64,000 nucleotides of DNA from positions 32,001 to 96,000 of IMG/VR virus record IMGVR_UViG_3300037483_000453. One strand, given 5' to 3'. The translations under genes and the position numbers were made by a program. This stretch comes from a virus. Positions 61,757-64,000 of the stretch are shown here, piece after piece; the stretch's first letter is position 1; each line of letters begins with the position of its first letter. The notes under the pieces are model-generated. The model was not told the origin of the DNA. It did no database searches and saw only the letters and a program-made list of their open reading frames with translations.

Positions 61757-62259
61757 TGGCCCAGCTACAGGGTATCGTAGGCATAACACCCACAATGCAG
61801 GCCTTTGTACAGGTCGTGCGGGACTACATGCGCGACCACGCTGAGCTCAACCGGCTCATTGCCGGGCAGGAGACTAACGACAGGCTGATTGCCTGGGCAG
61901 TGCTTGATGCCCTATCCGTCTTCAATGGGACACCACATCTCACAAACATGTCTCTTGATGACCTACTGCAGCGCAACCAGCATTCCTTGATGCTCAGGCT
62001 TACCGTCATCACTCTCCTTGAATCAGTTGGCCTCCTCCAGACACGCAACCACATCAACTACTCAAATGGGGGCTTGAACGTAGGGGTCAATGACAAGACG
62101 CCGCTCATACTGCAGTGGTTGCAGTACTACCAGGCGTCAACCAAGCAACTGATGTCACAGGTGAAGGTAGCGTTGAACATCGAGGGTATGCTGGGTTCTG
62201 GTGGCTCTGGTGTACATTCAGAACTGTGGGCAATAAATCAGTCTTACCAGGCTTACTGA
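61756..62259 (+). CDS. Head-tail adaptor/neck protein (putative)
   Basis: 167-aa helical protein after the MCP block; INYSNGGLNV motif. Confidence 0.55.
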   Translation: MAQLQGIVGITPTMQAFVQVVRDYMRDHAELNRLIAGQETNDRLIAWAVLDALSVFNGTPHLTNMSLDDLLQRNQHSLMLRLTVITLLESVGLLQTRNHINYSNGGLNVGVNDKTPLILQWLQYYQASTKQLMSQVKVALNIEGMLGSGGSGVHSELWAINQSYQAY

Positions 62260-62265
62260 GGGCAT

Positions 62266-62724
62266 ATGGCACTGCGAGTCAAAAAGATTGGTGAGATCGA
62301 AGAGCTCAGCACGCACCTGCGTGGTGGCATCATCGGTGGCCGTGACATCCGGAAGGGCATTGCCGGGAATATCGATGGGAAGACCCTCGATATCTCGGCT
62401 CCCTCAGGCACAGTTACCTTTGCAACCACCCCCTCAGGTGACCAGGTGGGCTTGTCCGCCAAGGATATCCTCACACAGATCAACACCGTTCATGCGGGGC
62501 TAGCGCACATAGATTCTCAAGGGCGCCTGGTCCTCGAGGTCGTAGCAGGAACGACAGCAGTTGCACTCGATGCGACTAGTACAGGGGCCACTCTCTTTGG
62601 ATTCAGTGAAAACGGAGAAACTGGTAAAATCTTCAGTAGGCCCGGTGGGACCGTACCATCACTTGTCAGTATCGGACAGGATGCCCTAGGTGGCGGCACA
62701 TATCTTTTAACCACGGATGAGTGA
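62266..62724 (+). CDS. Hypothetical virion protein
   Basis: 152-aa Gly/Thr-rich beta-type ORF. Confidence 0.7.
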   Translation: MALRVKKIGEIEELSTHLRGGIIGGRDIRKGIAGNIDGKTLDISAPSGTVTFATTPSGDQVGLSAKDILTQINTVHAGLAHIDSQGRLVLEVVAGTTAVALDATSTGATLFGFSENGETGKIFSRPGGTVPSLVSIGQDALGGGTYLLTTDE

Positions 62725-62727
62725 CCC

Positions 62728-64000
62728 ATGGCTGATTTTGAACGACAACTGATGGGTGATATCCCTCTCCATGAAGCGGCGAACTTCTTCACGTCCATGA
62801 AGCAGCCCCTGTCTACCGAGGGTGCTCAAGAGAAGTTGGCTGGTGCTGCCTCAGACATGATGGACCAGCTTGCACGTGGTGAGATGCCCGGAGGCAAGGC
62901 GGGCAAGTTCAAGCCAGTTGATGAGATCAAAGACTCCGAGAAGACAGCTGCTACCCTCCGCGAGGTTGAGGACAAAACCACCAAGAAAATGAAATCCCTC
63001 TACCGTGATGCAGGGGTTACACGAGGTGGTACAAAGGGCGGCATTATGGGTGCTGCAGCCGGCGCTGCAACTGGTGCCCTCAAGGGAGGCAAGCGCGGTG
63101 CCCTCAAGGGATTGGCGCTTGGCGGTACCAGTGGTGCTGGTCTGGGTGGGCTTGTTGGAGGTGTGAAGGGTACTCACAAGGGGAGGTATGTTGGTGAGCA
63201 CATCAACTCGATGCGTCGAGGTAGTATCATCAAGTCCCTCAAACTTCAGGCCATGGGGAATCGCCTGAAGCAAGCGGCGGCCAAGCTGGCCTTTGGTGAG
63301 GAGGTCCAGGAGGGTGGGGGGCCTAACATGGAGGGTGGTCAACCGGCTCCAGCACAGCAAGGTGCACCAGGTGAGCCTACCCCTCCAGTATCTACGGGAA
63401 TGGCACCGACCCAGGACCCTGAGGCGGCCAAGCCATCCACAGCCCCCACCATACCGGTAAACTACATGGCATCCGAGCTCATGGCGCACGCGGCCCAAGA
63501 GGCCAACGAGGTGGGCTTTCTACGTGAGCGTCTCAATGCAGCCACTGAACAGAACAACGCCATGCAACAGCAGGTGCAGGAAGCTCAGGCTCAGCTCGAG
63601 CAGCTTCAGGCCGACTCTGCCGCAACAGGCGATCAAATCATGTCGGCCACCAATGAGGCTGTGGCCGCGAGTGACCGGGCGCTGCAGCAGAGCCTGCAAG
63701 CAGCCAGCATGCGCATAGGCATCCAGAAGATGCGGGAGTCAATGTTGCAGCTCGCTTCTCAGGACCCAGAGTCCGTGGGGGCCATTGCCCAGCAAGAACA
63801 AGTCCAGGCTGAACAGCAGATGGCTGGTGCACCTGAACAAGCTGCTAGTCCTGCAGCTGTGGGTGACGAGTCGGCTGTCTCAGGGCCGGAGAGTGGCGCG
63901 CCTGCTGAACCCCCAACGGGCGGTGGTTCTAAGCCCAGCATCAACATCAAGACGGGAGGGGCAGCCCCGGGTGCACTGCCTGGTGCTGTAGCTGGCTTGG
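62728..64000 (+). CDS. Hypothetical head-region protein with glycine zipper and coiled coil, truncated by the window edge
   Basis: Hand-translated, not in the ORF track. MADFERQL... open to 64000; EKLA, EKTA, LKQA, AKLA motifs; GGIMGAAAGAATG...GLGGLVGG. Confidence 0.8.
   Translation, partial: MADFERQLMGDIPLHEAANFFTSMKQPLSTEGAQEKLAGAASDMMDQLARGEMPGGKAGKFKPVDEIKDSEKTAATLREVEDKTTKKMKSLYRDAGVTRGGTKGGIMGAAAGAATGALKGGKRGALKGLALGGTSGAGLGGLVGGVKGTHKGRYVGEHINSMRRGSIIKSLKLQAMGNRLKQAAAKLAFGEEVQEGGGPNMEGGQPAPAQQGAPGEPTPPVSTGMAPTQDPEAAKPSTAPTIPVNYMASELMAHAAQEANEVGFLRERLNAATEQNNAMQQQVQEAQAQLEQLQADSAATGDQIMSATNEAVAASDRALQQSLQAASMRIGIQKMRESMLQLASQDPESVGAIAQQEQVQAEQQMAGAPEQAASPAAVGDESAVSGPESGAPAEPPTGGGSKPSINIKTGGAAPGALPGAVAGL

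Noticed and set aside
1-64000. Stop-codon reassignment as seen in some large phages
   Set aside because: All marker genes are intact under the standard code and TAA, TAG and TGA all end coupled genes

Overview
This is a 64-kb internal fragment of a large tailed dsDNA phage (Caudoviricetes, probably contractile-tailed). It uses the standard genetic code and is densely coded with AGGAG-type RBSs. I saw no tRNA, rRNA or CRISPR array. The leftward block 1-18803 is a replication/recombination module: RusA-like and Hjc-like resolvases, Cas4-like nuclease, RecA, HU, family A DNA polymerase with 2 inteins, SSB-like protein, primase, DnaB, family 4 UDG and an SF2 helicase. The rightward blocks encode head morphogenesis: portal, large terminase and prohead protease (each with an intein), plus scaffold-like proteins, decoration protein, major capsid protein and adaptor. 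Embedded among them is a 3249-aa single-chain beta-beta' RNA polymerase with 3 inteins, followed by a baseplate spike-like gene. Two leftward cassettes interrupt the head module: an AAA+/vWA-metallopeptidase cassette (25389-29399) and a GC-rich methyltransferase island (48020-49917). Main observations: (1) the fused, divergent RNAP has a remodelled rifampicin pocket and no beta' N-terminal zinc ribbon; (2) a K-x-A motif recurs through about a dozen head-region proteins and often flanks Gly/Ala-rich cationic segments, suggesting a protease code; (3) a candidate -1 programmed frameshift (G GGA AAA, 8-nt spacer, hairpin) sits in a non-tail gene; (4) a G[GT]GATAA[GT] motif lies 32-50 nt upstream of four leftward transcription units; (5) eight inteins occupy about 8.9 kb (about 14%) of the window. 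All family assignments come from motif recognition by eye, not from database searches.
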